Source of the DNA: Eledone cirrhosa | Taxonomy: Eukaryota | Direction: 5' to 3' | Length of the DNA: 64,000 nucleotides | Assembly (NCBI GenBank): GCA_964016885.1 | Contig: OZ024742.1 | Location: 44,020,001-44,084,000, forward strand | Part shown: positions 27,150-41,185 of the stretch, piece by piece | Layout: every line of letters begins with the position of its first letter | Numbering within the stretch: position 1 is the stretch's first letter | The notes under the pieces: generated by a model | Databases searched by the model: none | What the model saw: the letters and a program-made list of their open reading frames with translations, nothing else | Told to the model about the DNA's origin: nothing | Position numbers and translations under genes: made by a program

Positions 27150-27262
27150 TTAACCTTCTGGGTGCTGTAGCGACATAAGTCGCTGATTGAGTAATCTCCC
27201 CTTAATACATAATGCACTGTCAAGGAAGCAATTCATAAAAACTTCAGCATCCTAAAGGTTAA
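27150..27262. mobile_element. Short TTAA-flanked MITE
   Basis: ttaaccttctgggtgctg ... cagcatcctaaaggttaa. Confidence 0.55.
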
Positions 27263-28539
27263 AATGACTCCAGTGAGATGAGATTTTACTAAGTTTTACT
27301 GAATGGAAGTTTTTCATTTTTTTTGGTCATTTTTCAAACAGTGAGTTTAACATTAAAACATTCATCCCTGAGTTAAATGTAAAGTCTGTTTTGTAGGTAA
27401 CATTTCTTGTTAATATCTGTTACTGTGGGAAAGATTTAATATGTTTATTTGAAGTGCAGTGAGAGATGTAAACAAAACAAGTAGCATGATAGACACTGAA
27501 TCAAGACAAACCACAACAATACTTAACATGAGTTTACAAAAAGGCAAATAATTTTTAAAGAATGACTAACAAACTCTTTATGATCAACAAGATCCCATAT
27601 CTCATTCACTTACTGAGTGAGGTGGAACTCCTTAAATTGGACCAATGAAACAATTTTTCTATTGGTCTTTCCAATTGTAAATATTATCTACTGATTGCAA
27701 TTCCTGGCAGAAAAAAAGCAACATGAAATAAAGTGTCTTGCTCAAGGACATAATGCATCGCCTGGTCCAGGAATCGAACTTGCAACCTCAGGATTGTGTA
27801 TTCGATTCTCTAACCAGTAAGTCACATCCTTCAATAACAAACTAGCAAAACTTATATGGAATTAAACAATCAAAGGCATAGATAATACTAGCCACAATTT
27901 CATAACAGCAACAACAATAATGAATACACACACACTTATGGAAGCACAATTTGACGCTTGACTTTTAGAAGTGAGGAGAAAGTGAAGACACAAGCAAAAA
28001 TATTGCACAAAATCCCCACTTGCAAGATCTCAGTGTGATGAATTAATCCTTTCTTTCTGACTTCTGATGACCATACATTTGAAGATCAATATCATGTGAA
28101 TTATTATTAATTGTAACAGATTAGTTAATTGTTTACATGTATTTACATGTCTCTTATCTGTATAGAAACAATTGTTTGGGTTAAAGATAGATTTGATTTA
28201 AAAGCCTTGGTTTATTTAGTATTAAGTATTTATGGTCAGCTGCCCTCACTGTCTTCAACTGCGGGTATCTTAACCTTCAAAGTACACCCTTGATTGCACT
28301 CAGATTCCTGTTTGCTGTCGACCTCAAGTGAACATTGAGTTTTTCACACCTTACCAAAAATAATAGTGGGCTCTTTCAATATAATTACTTACATATGATA
28401 TATATAAGTATGTTAATTGAAAGTAAGTTACTTAAATGTACATTTTTAAACCATAAAAATACTCCTGTTCGTGTGCATGTATGTATGTACATACATATAA
28501 TGTATGTATACTTATTTTGTATGCTTATTTAAATTGCAG

Positions 28540-28637
28540 CCAAAAACTATGAAATAGAACGAGAATCTATTCAGCTTGAAGAAATCTTGGGCGAAGGGCA
28601 ATTTGGTGATGTATATCGAGGCTTATTCTATGATAAG
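28540..28637 (+). CDS. PTK2: FAK kinase exon, Gly-rich loop
   Basis: ttgcAG|...|GTaagt. AKNYEIERESIQLEEILGEGQFGDVYRGLFYDK. Phase 1 to 0. Confidence 0.97.
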
Positions 28638-29327
28638 GTAAGTATCTCTTTATTGATCTTATGTAATTGAAGGGATTCTTTAGGTGAATTGAGTGAACCA
28701 ATGACCAGTATATTTGGTTTCAGTTAATATAGGCTATTCAATTTGGCCGTCTGGTTTATGTGGTCTCTAATTTTTAAAGATGGAAAAGGTTTAGCTGCTG
28801 GATTGAACAGTTTGAGTAAAAATACTCACTTGCTTATTACATTAGAAATTTCAATTGTCCTCTTTTCAAATTTCATTTACATTGAAGTGAAGCCCAAACA
28901 CTTTAGTTGGTTTTTTCATATACACTTGCATATAGAATATTTAATTGTTGCTTGTTTAGATATGGCTGTTGAGAAGTCCTTTTTGCCTACCATCCCAGTG
29001 TTACATCTTGGGTGTCTTCTACTATAGCCCCAGGTTAAGTAATTCCTTGTAAGTGAATTTGGTAGATGGAAATTGTAAGGAGGTCTGTCACACATGCTTG
29101 CATGTGTCTGCTTGTCTTCATAACACCTTTTAAAGCAAGTGGTGTTACTTGTTTATGTCTTGCATAAACAACACAGCTTGCAGTGTACCGTTCAATAGAG
29201 ATCAGTGGTATGTGCCATACTTATAAATAAAATATGTATTATTATCAGGAAAAACATGTAAAAAAACAGTGATATGTATTTTTGTGTGAAATAGTAATAT
29301 TGATATTGTTGTAAATACTATTTTCAG

Positions 29328-29412
29328 GACAAAAAAGAAATTCCAGTTGCTGTGAAGACTTGTAAAGAAGATGATGAAAATTTAATGACTGAGAAATTTC
29401 TGGAAGAAGCTT
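29328..29412 (+). CDS. PTK2: FAK kinase exon, VAVK lysine and helix C
   Basis: ttttcAG|...|GTaagt. DKKEIPVAVKTCKEDDENLMTEKFLEEA. Phase 0 to 1. Confidence 0.97.
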
Positions 29413-30807
29413 GTAAGTTAACTTTTCATTTGGATTAACTCAGGAACTGCTCCTGATTCTATGGTACAAAAGATGTTTATTTTAAAGTGGCTATATTTAT
29501 CTAAAATCATATCATGATTTTATTTAAAAACCTTTAAGTTATGCTCTAAATATCTGCTTATTCATGAAAAAGTTATGTTATCAAATCATAACAATAATGT
29601 TATGTATGTTGATGTAGTCATATAAAAATAATTGTTTCTACTTTTGGCACAAGGCCAACCTTTTAACATTTGCATTACTCTATATATACTATTGTATTTT
29701 TGTGGTAAAGGCTTTATCTCAAATAATATCGAATCTGAGATTTTGATATTATTTATTTTGAGAACAAAATCTTAACATCTGTATGAGTGGCTAGTTACGG
29801 CAAGTTTGAACAGAAAGAGGTGGCAGAATTCTGGCCGGATACAGCCGGTTTAAATGCTAAAGGGTTAAAGTAAAAAAAAGCAATAAAAGTCCATGGTAGA
29901 TATTTGGTGAAAGGATCTTTTCTGTTATCAAAGATAGAGTATTAACAATGTTAGTGTGGTTGGTTTAACCCTATTACCATATTTCTAATGAAAGACTGCC
30001 TACAATTGTGAAAATCACAATTTTGGAGGAATTTAGTAATATATATATATATAACTTTCTCATTATCAAACTGGTACTTGGAGCATAACTTAACAATTCT
30101 CACATAAAATTATGACCTCAGGATTTTGAATAAATATAGACCTGCTAAACAAAGGGCTGGAAAGACTCTTCAGATATGCCAAGAACGTGACAACATCCCT
30201 AGTGTTGGTGCCACAATAAAATGCACTCTGTAAATCACAGAGTTGTATGGTGGGCCCCTGACCTAGCTGGAAATTAGAGCAGGCTCCATTTGACTACTGA
30301 CCAGAGTGTGACAACGTGGACACTGCATCCTTCAAAACTTCCATGCTTCATGAAATTCACTAACACTATACCCGATATTCCCCCCTCCGTACACACGCAC
30401 ACATGTATTTGTGTATATATATCATGACTCATATGCTGTTCACTTTCCTGACATTTGTACATTATTCTATGTATGACCCTTTACGTTCTGAGTTCAAATC
30501 CCGCCGAGGTTAACTTTGCCTTTCATCCTTACGGGGTCAATAAAATAAAGTAATGCACTGGGATAATTGCTGGCCTTGTGCCAAAAGTAGAAAAAATTAT
30601 TCTATGTACTATACATGCACCTTTGATGAGTGGTAGTGCACCTGAGCACTGTACAGTCATTTTCATTTCATTTCATGTCCAACCCTTGCTATCAGGGAAA
30701 ACAGCTGTGAAACGGTGACTTGAATATAAGCAGTTTTGTATCAGAAGTGGTTTGGTATCAAAAGGATTAACATTTTTGATATGTATATTTATTTGATCTG
30801 AGGCTGA

Positions 30808-31143
<336 letters not shown>

Positions 31144-32793
31144 TAGTTCCAACCTCTTTACAGAGTGCACTAGGTGCATTTTCTTGTTGCATCATCTCTG
31201 CCATTTGACAGGGCATACTGGATGCATTTTATCATGGTATTAGCACTACCAGTTTAAAGAATGTACTGGTAGTATAGTGGGCTCATTTTATCATGGCAGA
31301 AAAATAAGAGAGGTTGCCATGTACTCAACAAGACTGGAGAGTCCTCTCTACCCTCTATTGTCTTTTTGATCTACTTTTATGTCTATGCACAGATATTTGA
31401 GAGTAGATATCACTCACTTGCAATGTATTTGTTATAGTCTAATAGAAAAATCTCCTACGATCTTCATTTTTAGTATTTGAGACATTCATGGAAGCTGGGC
31501 TGCTAACTACAATCTTTTTGTCACCATTGGTTGTTTGTCTTACTGAAGTGTATCAGGTGGTTTTTGTGAAGTGCATGGCTATACCAATGCCTTAGCTTTA
31601 CTATTACCTGCAGCAATGCCATGAGTGTCAAGGCTAGCCTCAAATTTCTTTTTAGGGAAACACCTGGGGCTTATATGCCAAACTCGTTAGACTATTTCTC
31701 ATTGTCAAAAACATTGACGCTACTAAAATTCAAAACTTCATATCACATAACGGTTCTAAATATAAATTGTTTAAAATATTACTATATTATTGAAGACTTG
31801 GATTGGAATTAACTGTGGCACAGGTAAAATCAGAGATTTAATATTCAAGCCTGCTATTGTGATATTAATGACTGAATATTTATTTTAGTGTATGTTATAT
31901 GAATATCAGAACATATCTAACACAATTAGTTTTATAACTGAAATGTTAAACATTAGACAAAATACACCATTTCTATTTATGAATATATTAACATAACTCA
32001 CTGTCATAAGCATAAAGAAGTGTTGAGATAAAAACCTATCTAATATATCCCCAATGTTTAATTATGTATTTCAATAGGAACTTACAGGTATGAGTGTGTA
32101 GTTAAGAAGCTCACTTTGCAATCATTTCATTTTAGATTCAATCCCCTTGCATAGTTTTACTATAACATATGGTTTACTATTGTCTTGTATGAAATTTCGT
32201 AGATAATGTGTGTGTTAGCAAATGTCTTTTACTATAGCTTAGGATTTACCATTGCCTTGTGTATAAAAGTTGATAGATAATTGTTTCTACTTTTTGGCAC
32301 AAGGCCAGCAATTACCCAGTGCTGGTACTTTATTTCATCGACCCCTTAAGGATGAAAGGCAAAGTTAACTCGGCGAGATTTGAACTCAGAATGACAAGGG
32401 CCGTAACTTTATGCGTCAAAGCATGGCGTCCGACCCTCTGCCGATACTGCCAAAATGTGTGTGTGTGTTATTGTCTCCACATTATTTAACCCTTTTGTTT
32501 CTATGAAGCAAAATCGCCCATTTCAGTGGGTTTTTATTTAAATTAACATTTTCCAACATAATTTATATTAGAACCATGTGTTAAGTTTACTATTTTAATA
32601 ATGAAATAATTAATAAATTTTAATAAATCGTTCCAAATTCACATTGGGTGTGTTTCTTTAGAAATATGTTAAAAAGATGAAACTAGTAAATGCCGTCGAT
32701 AAAGAAAAGCAACTCCGTAGGGGCAATAACTCAGGCGTATAGTTAGCCTTTCGAAAAGTAAAAATGGATAAAAGGAGTAACAGCCCTGGTTAA

Positions 32794-32937
<144 letters not shown>

Positions 32938-33315
32938 TAAGAAATTCATTTATTTAGAAAGGTATTTTATTAGTATGTGTGTGGACCTGTAATTCCTGAT
33001 ATTCATAGGAGTACTTTAGTGACACAGCGTGGCACAAACCTGTTTAGTATTTGTAATTAATAGCAACTGTTTGATGGTCTTTATTATAGGAGTAGATCTT
33101 CTACCTAAGCCGTTTGATAAAACTTTCAATCTTTTGGAGTAAGATTTTAAGGTACCTTTTCCTGTCCAGAAAACACTTTCTTTTGATACTGAACCACCTG
33201 AATCTTCCCATGGTTCTACAATACAAAGCTGTATATTCCATTGTTTATGTTATTTTGGACACCACTTAATTAGAAAATTCATTATATGACTAAATCTCTC
33301 CAAATTCTGATTATT

Positions 33316-34108
33316 TGAAAAGTACAAGCAGTGTCTTTCATTAGAAATATAACAAAAGGGTTAAAATCCTGGAAATTTTATTGAACTGCTTAGGTAAATT
33401 ATATATTTCTATGATGAAGTCCAACAAATAGTCTCAATTGTTTACAAATATTATATTGACTCTATAAACAGTGCATGAATCCTATATTCAGTACATGTTT
33501 AGTATTACTTACCTCAATAATCCCATATAACAAGTATTTATAATACTTTTTTATTAAATTTTATTAAAGACACTTTAACTTATGAAACCACAGAATTCTT
33601 TTCATGGAACTCACTAACTTAGGAAACACTGTTCTATGTGTTTGCTTAACCTGCTAGATATAACAACCAAATTCCTTTCAACTACATTGGATAATGTAAT
33701 CAACTATCTATAGAATAAATGAATGATCTTGACTGGACTACTGATAAGTTTGCACAGTCACGGCCAGCCTGTAACTGAATGACTATAAGTATGTAAACAG
33801 TGGTTATGTAAGAGAATTCCCAAAAGTGGAATATACAGTAAGAATACTCATATTTGGAATTCTTTTTTTTTCAAGAGAGAAGGTTGCTATGTTTAAAAAA
33901 TGGCTATGCTGTTAAAGTGTCGTGGAGGAACTTAACCTATTGGATTCATGCACTGTTTATAGAGTCAATATAATATTTGTAAACAATTGAGACTATTTGT
34001 TGGACTTCATCATAGAAATATATAATTTACCTAAGCAGTTCAATAAAATTTCCAGGATTTTAACCCTTTTGTTATATTTCTAATGAAAGACACTGCTTGT
34101 ACTTTTCA
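33316..34108. repeat. Inverted repeat with 167-bp arms (33316-33482 and 33942-34108)
   Basis: Base-by-base comparison of one arm with the reverse complement of the other showed no mismatch. Confidence 0.92.
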
Positions 34109-34531
34109 TAATATTGTGTTTGATTCCCTGGATCATGCAACATGTTGTATCCTTGAACAAAAACCTTTATTTCATGTTGCTTCAGTCAACACAGCTGGAG
34201 TACTGACAGTAGCAGAAGCTTAACTCTGCAACAGGCTGGTGCCCTGTCCAGTGGTGAACTCTTGTACTCACAGTTGATTAATGCCAGTGAAACCAAGATT
34301 AACTTCAGCCTGTTAGCCTCTGGGCTTGAAATAAACTTTAACTTGAACCAAAGTGCTGGGCTTCTGACCACATACATAGTCATAAATTCAAATTTCTTTT
34401 TCAGAAGACAAAAAGGAATGCCAAAAATCAGGTTCCACTCTTCTCTTCATGGTTAATTAGTTACTTGTAGAAGGGGTATTATCCAGCTGTATAATATAAT
34501 GGCTCCCTTAGATATGCGCTGTCATGCATGA

Positions 34532-34726
<195 letters not shown>

Positions 34727-35465
34727 TAATTATTTAACCCAGTGAGCCCCAAATAGCATTCAGCTCACTTCTCCTTCATTAACCCCAGACATGTACAAAA
34801 ATAAATCAGTAAACAGCATATGAAATAGACAATAAAGACGAATCGTATATATATATATATATTTATATATATAAATGGAATATGTCTGTGTGTGTCTTGT
34901 ACTCGGAAATATAAAACAAACACCCATGAAACTATATATATTTTATTTGGCAAATTCTCCAGATACCAACTTAATAATGACGATATTAGTTAAATCACTA
35001 AATCTCCAAATTCTTGTTATTTTCAAACTTACTTGAAAATCATAGGCAGTGTCATTCATTAGAAATATAGTAATGAAAGGGTTAGAGTGGATATGAGAAA
35101 TAAAATTCCCTACTTCAGGTTAGAATTCCAGTCTATAGCAGGTGACGTCCCCAGAGATTAGGGAAATTATATTCTGTTATCAATTGATACATTACAAAAG
35201 AATAAAAATATCATTCAGATGTTTAAAACCTTGAGGTTCTAATCATACAATTAAAGACGAACCAGTTTCAGACAGTTTGGTATCAAAAATGTTAAAAGCA
35301 CATCTATACTTTTCTCTAATTCACAAAGGAATTAATTGTTTCTTTACTTATTTCTTATTACCATTCAATATAATAACACTCTTAGGGAGTATCAGTCCTA
35401 CACATTACACTTCATATATTGTGTGCTGTTATTTCAAGTGTGTATTGTGTGTTATTTCAGTCTAA

Positions 35466-35714
<249 letters not shown>

Positions 35715-36372
35715 TAACAATGCACACCCAACAATAAATGCTTTATGGCTATTCTTCCCTACTTTGTGAGCCCCATGGTAGACTTCATACTCACTATGGG
35801 GTCCTTTATGAGGCTGTATTACAGCCAGATGACTTACTTAGCACCAACCTCTTCAGTTGCCTATTACAACACCCAGGTATATACAGTGTTCTTATTCTAA
35901 ACTCGATAAACGTACACATTTCAATAGCAATAACCAGGTAATTATTCATCTGAAATGAAGAGTTTGTAATATATTAATTTTGGTAATAATCATATCATTA
36001 TATATATACACACAAAAATATTATGTTGGTTCCACAAATCATCCAGCCCACACTGTAAAATGGTCACGTAGGAGAACGGCACAAAGCAGTGTTAAGAAGG
36101 GCATCCAGCCGTAGAAAACCAGCCAGAAACAGTCCTATATGAGCGAGACACGATCATTCGACCCAACTTGCCTCTAATGGGACAAACCTGTCTAACCCAT
36201 GCTAACATGGAAGATAGACGTTAAATGATGATGATAGCCGTTTGATTAACATCAGTAATTATAAGTGGCTTCCACTGTATTTACTTAAAATATAAGCAGA
36301 AAACAAGTTTATGGCAATCAGAGTTATCTACCTTGCACATAACGTGGATGTAAAGTGAAGATCTGTTTGTAA

Positions 36373-36609
<237 letters not shown>

Positions 36610-37430
36610 TAAGGTGGTACTTTTATTGTCATTGTGTGTGTGTTTGTATTTCTTCCATTGTGTGTATTTGTATGTCTTCCATTGTGTGTGTATGTGTATG
36701 TTTTCCATTGCATATGTGTGTGTGTTTCTATGTCTTCCATTGTGTTTGCATGTTTCTTCCTGTGTGTATGTGTGTGTCTTTGTATTTGTTCCATTGTGAG
36801 TATATGTGTGTTTTCTCTGTCTTTGAAATTACTTTTATGAATGTGTATGGCACCATCAATAGAGCACCTAACAATATCTTTTTACATTTTGTGTTCAAAT
36901 CTCAATGTGGGTGATTTTCATCTTTCATTTTTTAGGGTTAGGGGTTAGACCCTGAGGAAATGAAAAGTGAAGTTAGTCTTGATGGGACAATAATGATGAT
37001 AATGATGACGATGGCAACGATCAAAAAGGCAGAGATTCGAGGTTAACTTTATTAAATCAACATTCAGTACATGACTGGTACTTTATTTTATTGACCTGGG
37101 TAGGATAAATGACAAATTTGGCCTTGGCAAAATCTGAACATAGAATGTAGAGTTGAAACAAATATTAGAAAGCATTTTGTCCAACAGTCTGATTCACTGA
37201 TTCCACCAAATAATATTAATAATTGTTTGTAATGGGCAAAAAAGCCAGGTTTTGAGGGAGTGATAAGTCAATTAAATCAACCTCAAAAGACAGAAAAGCT
37301 GAGTTGAACACAGAATGTAAACAGACAGACAAAACAACTATCACAAGACATTTTGTCCAATGCTCTGATTCTGCCACTCCATCATTTTATAAATCCCAAA
37401 TTTTGAAGAACTGATAAATTTCTCTTAAAG

Positions 37431-37510
37431 ATCAATCCTGCAAGAAGAAAGATTTCGTCTTGAAGAAGAGATGAAGAGAGACAATCGAAGAGTTCATGCA
37501 ATATCTTGGG
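37431..37510 (+). CDS. PTK2: FAK exon, post-kinase helix
   Basis: cttaaAG|...|GTaagt. SILQEERFRLEEEMKRDNRRVHAISW, comparable to FAK TILEEEKAQQEERMRMESRRQATVSW. Phase 2 to 1. Confidence 0.93.
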
Positions 37511-37825
37511 GTAAGTTTCCTGACTTTCTTTATCAACAAACATGCATCACATATGTGTCTGTTTGTTTGTGTGTATATGTATACAAAATGGCCGACTGAA
37601 TATGCACGTGTTTTGTTTTTTTTTCATTTTCCCCATTCTTTCCTCTCATCACTCATTACTTTCTATTTATCTTCTCATAGAGGACTAGTGTCCGAAACGT
37701 TAAGACTCTCTTCCTGCTATTTCAAGCATTAAACTAATATATTTCTTCCATCTACTGTGCCATTTGTTTTGTTATTTTATTACTTTTATATACATATATG
37801 TTGTTTATTTATATATATATATATT

Positions 37826-38488
37826 AGTGAGGAATTCCAGATACAAGTAGGAGTACATCAAGATTCGGTCCTCAGCTCGCTCTTGTTCATTATAGTCCTC
37901 CAAGCCATAACAGGAGTTTAAGACTGGCTGTCCATGGGAACTTCTCTATGATGACAATCTGGTTCTTATAGCAGAATCAGTAGAGGAGCTAGAGAATAAA
38001 TTCTGGCTATGGAAACAGCAGTTGGAAGCAAGAGGACTGAGAGTGAACCTAGCTAAGACAAAAGTGTTGATGAGTAGAAAAGAGGACAAAACTCTGATTC
38101 CGTCAGGGAAATGGCCATGTTCGATATGCAGAAAAGGAACTGGCATAAATTCTATAAAATGTACACAATGCAGATCCTGGGGACACAGGAGATGTAGTGG
38201 GATAGCAGGCAAACTAACAGGTAGGGAGAAATACGTATGCAGTAGATGTACAGGGAAATTAGACAGTAGAAGTCGCATTGATAGACACATTTTTCAAATG
38301 CAGGCGGGTGCTATAGAAGTGGTGGATAGCTTCCGGTACCTAGATCAGATTAGCATGGGGGGGGGGGGGGTCCGAGGCCATAGTATCTAGAATGACGGGT
38401 TGGAAGAAGTTTAGGGAGCTGCTTCCTCTGCTGACGAAGAAGGGTTTCTCCCTGCGTATGAAAGGCCGGTTATATGATGCCTGTATGT
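37826..38488 (+). mobile_element. RTE-clade LINE RT fragment (decayed) with a C4HC3 zinc finger
   Basis: QVGVHQDSVLSSLLFIIVL...CPWELLYDDNL (decayed YADD)...GLRVNLAKTKVL...IEVVDSFRYL...WKKFRELLPLL...KGRLYDAC. Confidence 0.9.
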
Positions 38489-38578
38489 ATTTATTTAATA
38501 TCAATTACCTCTATTGTATTTTATTTACTTTATTCTTAACTCTGAAGCGGAGAATCATTCCGTTTCCTAGTTAGAATT

Positions 38579-38848
38579 TTAGTCTACGACTTCGGCTATA
38601 CCTTTACATGGTTTTGTCTTTGCGTGCAATTGTTCTCCATGCTCCACATATGACGTATTATCTTCGTTTTTTCCGTTCATTGCCAGAGAACGTCTCTATG
38701 AACCACCTAAAAGAACATTAGTCTACGACTTCTTTTATACCATAAACGTGGTTCTGTCTTTGTGTGTAATTGTTTTTCACCGCTCCTATTAATGACGTAT
38801 TATATTCGTTTTTTCCCGTTCTTTGCCAGGGAACGTTTCCACGAACCA
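38579..38848. repeat. Two diverged tandem copies of a unit of about 140 bp
   Basis: tagtctacgacttc...gtctttg.gtg.aattg...tgacgtattat.ttcgttttt..cgttc.ttgccag.gaacgt occurs twice. Confidence 0.75.
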
Positions 38849-39007
38849 AAGTATCGTCTTCCTGTCTTCCTCCGGTTGCAACGTTTTTTGAAATATCCAC
38901 TTCTGCGTTTACAGATTGACTTTGTTAGTTTCAGAAGATCCCATTAAGGGTGAAAGCAGCGATTCTTTGCTTAAACTTTAATCTGTTATTTTAATAAATA
39001 TATATAT

Positions 39008-39076
<69 letters not shown>

Positions 39077-39227
39077 CATGTTACTCTAAAAATAAACTAT
39101 AGCTTTGTAGAATTAGCTTTTAATGAATTCCCTTTTCTATCAACCAATGACCTACACCCATCCCACTCCCCACCCTCTCCTACCACTTGTAGAGACCTAT
39201 AAATACCATACTTATTTTTTGATACCC

Positions 39228-39278
39228 AGATTCCTGATGATTTCTAAAGAATGAAACAGTTCTAGTCCTGTAGAATCT
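39228..39278 (+). ncRNA. Type I hammerhead ribozyme motif (Penelope-like context)
   Basis: AGAUUC-CUGAUGA-u UUC uaaa GAA u-GAAA-CAG uucuaguc CUG-UA^-GAAUCU. Stem I has 6 bp, the core is intact and the cleavage triplet is GUA. There is a U-U pair at the base of stem II. Confidence 0.7.
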
Positions 39279-39339
39279 CATCTATATTAAAACTATATAT
39301 ATATATATGGTGGCTGCCAACTCGTTTTCGAGTACGGCC

Positions 39340-40212
39340 ACTACTTTATATCCATGTAGGAGAACCCCTACCGATGCGCTGAACGAGTGTGACTTTTTAG
39401 TCCAGCCAGCGACTTGAAAACTCTGGTACAAACACTACACTTGTGACAATTATTGACACATAGTGCTGGGCCCATGGTATCATGTGATGACAAGTGCAGA
39501 GAGAACTCCAGATATAAAGCAATGCCTGTGGCGTGAAGCTTTTATAGTGAGCAAAGGCACTGCACAAAGCCAGTCCCACTCTCTTAACCAAGATGATATT
39601 TACCAAAAAGAAGAACAAGTCAACATCATTGGATACCATCAGAGTTGCAGGTGTTATATCAGAGTTTTCCTTCTCCTAGAATTCTGCCTTGACAAAGGCT
39701 AAGGGGTCATCTCTCCCAGTGATTTTGGATGGCCATTGACTCTTAAGAGCTCCTTTGCCCTTTGACAGGTTTTGTTTTTAGTCCGGCAGGATGTCCAAAG
39801 TCACCCTCCTCACCAAGAAACCTTGGTGGGGTTGTCAGTTTAGTCGCCAACGACCCGACCATGAGACAGGTTGTACTGGGATACATGTTACCAGTAGCAC
39901 CAACTGGTGACCTGACATACATACATACATACATACCACTGCTTTATATGTAGGAGAACCCCTACCGATGCGCTGAACGAGTGTGAATTTTTAGTCCAGC
40001 CGGCGACTTAAACTCTGGTACAAACACTACACTTGTGACAATTATTTACAGTGCTGGGCCCATGGTATCATGTGATGACAAGTGCAGAGAGATCTCCAGA
40101 TACAAAGCAATGCCTGTGCCGTGAAGCTTTTATAGTGAGCAAAGGCACTGCACAAAGCCAGTCCCACTCTCTTAACCAAGATGATATTTACCAAAAAGAA
40201 GAACAAGTCAAC
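39340..40212 (-). mobile_element. Putative LINE (RTE-like) 5' region with a C2H2 finger, plus a partial tandem duplicate
   Basis: About 39340-39624 is repeated at about 39936-40212. Related sequence lies at 6400-6510 and 61800-61995. The minus strand encodes HKCSVCTRVFKSLAGLKSHTRSAH. Confidence 0.6.
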
Positions 40213-41185
40213 AAAAAATTCATCTAGGCTGACCTAGAAATGTACATGACTATAATTTACATAGTATATATTTAGCACACAATATATTAAAACAGGGTTG
40301 TACACATATAAGCTGTTCCCATTGATGGCCATCCTAGGAGATACTTTTCATTTTTATCTTTATCACCAGTTATTTATTTGTTAAATATATTAAACCCTTT
40401 TAAAAATAATAATTGTTTCTACTTTTTGGCACAAGACTAGCAATTACTCCAGTACATTACTGGTACTTTATTTTATCGACCCCGTAAGGATGACAGGCAA
40501 AGTTAACCTCGGCGGGATTTGAACTCAGAATGGCAAGGGCTGTAACTCTCTGCGTCAAAGCATGGCATCCGACCCTCTACCGATACTGCCAATCCAAATA
40601 ATGAAAATTATTGAGTACAGTGCTCAGGTGTACTGCAACGCACCGATATTGCATGTATAATATATAGAATAATGTACAAATGTTAGGAAAGTTAGTGTAT
40701 GAGTCATGATATACACATGCATGTGTGTATGTGTGGAAGAGGAATATCAGATGTAGTGTTGGTGAATTTCGGGAAGCATGGAAGGTTTGAAGGATACAGT
40801 GTCCCGACATATAACAACTGATGTAGGTAATTTGTTCCATGCTTCAAGCATGAAAAAAATTTGATAGCAACCTAGCCAAAACTGGCTCTGGTTCTATGGA
40901 ACAACCTCCCATTAAAGATTTCCTGTTTAAATTAAAATATTCCAACAAAATTTTATACAAGGACCATATGTTATATTACCATCTTAATAATGAAATTATC
41001 ATCACTTAACAGGCATAACAATACAGTTATTAAGAAGAAGAGTTGAAATTTATACATGCAAGATTTCACAGCTTACCCTCTTGGTGCTAGGTACACTATG
41101 TCTGAATAAAATATGGGATGGTCATGACTGGAACAGCAACATTTATAATTCACAAATACTGATCATGTGTTTTTATCATTTGTAG

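Noticed and set aside
39770-39916. Assignment of the leader as a canonical HDV-like or twister ribozyme
   Set aside because: A P1-like helix and CUAA motifs are present, but I could not place P3/L3 and P1.1 in HDV order, and the twister L4 consensus is missing. Kept only as an unclassified structure.
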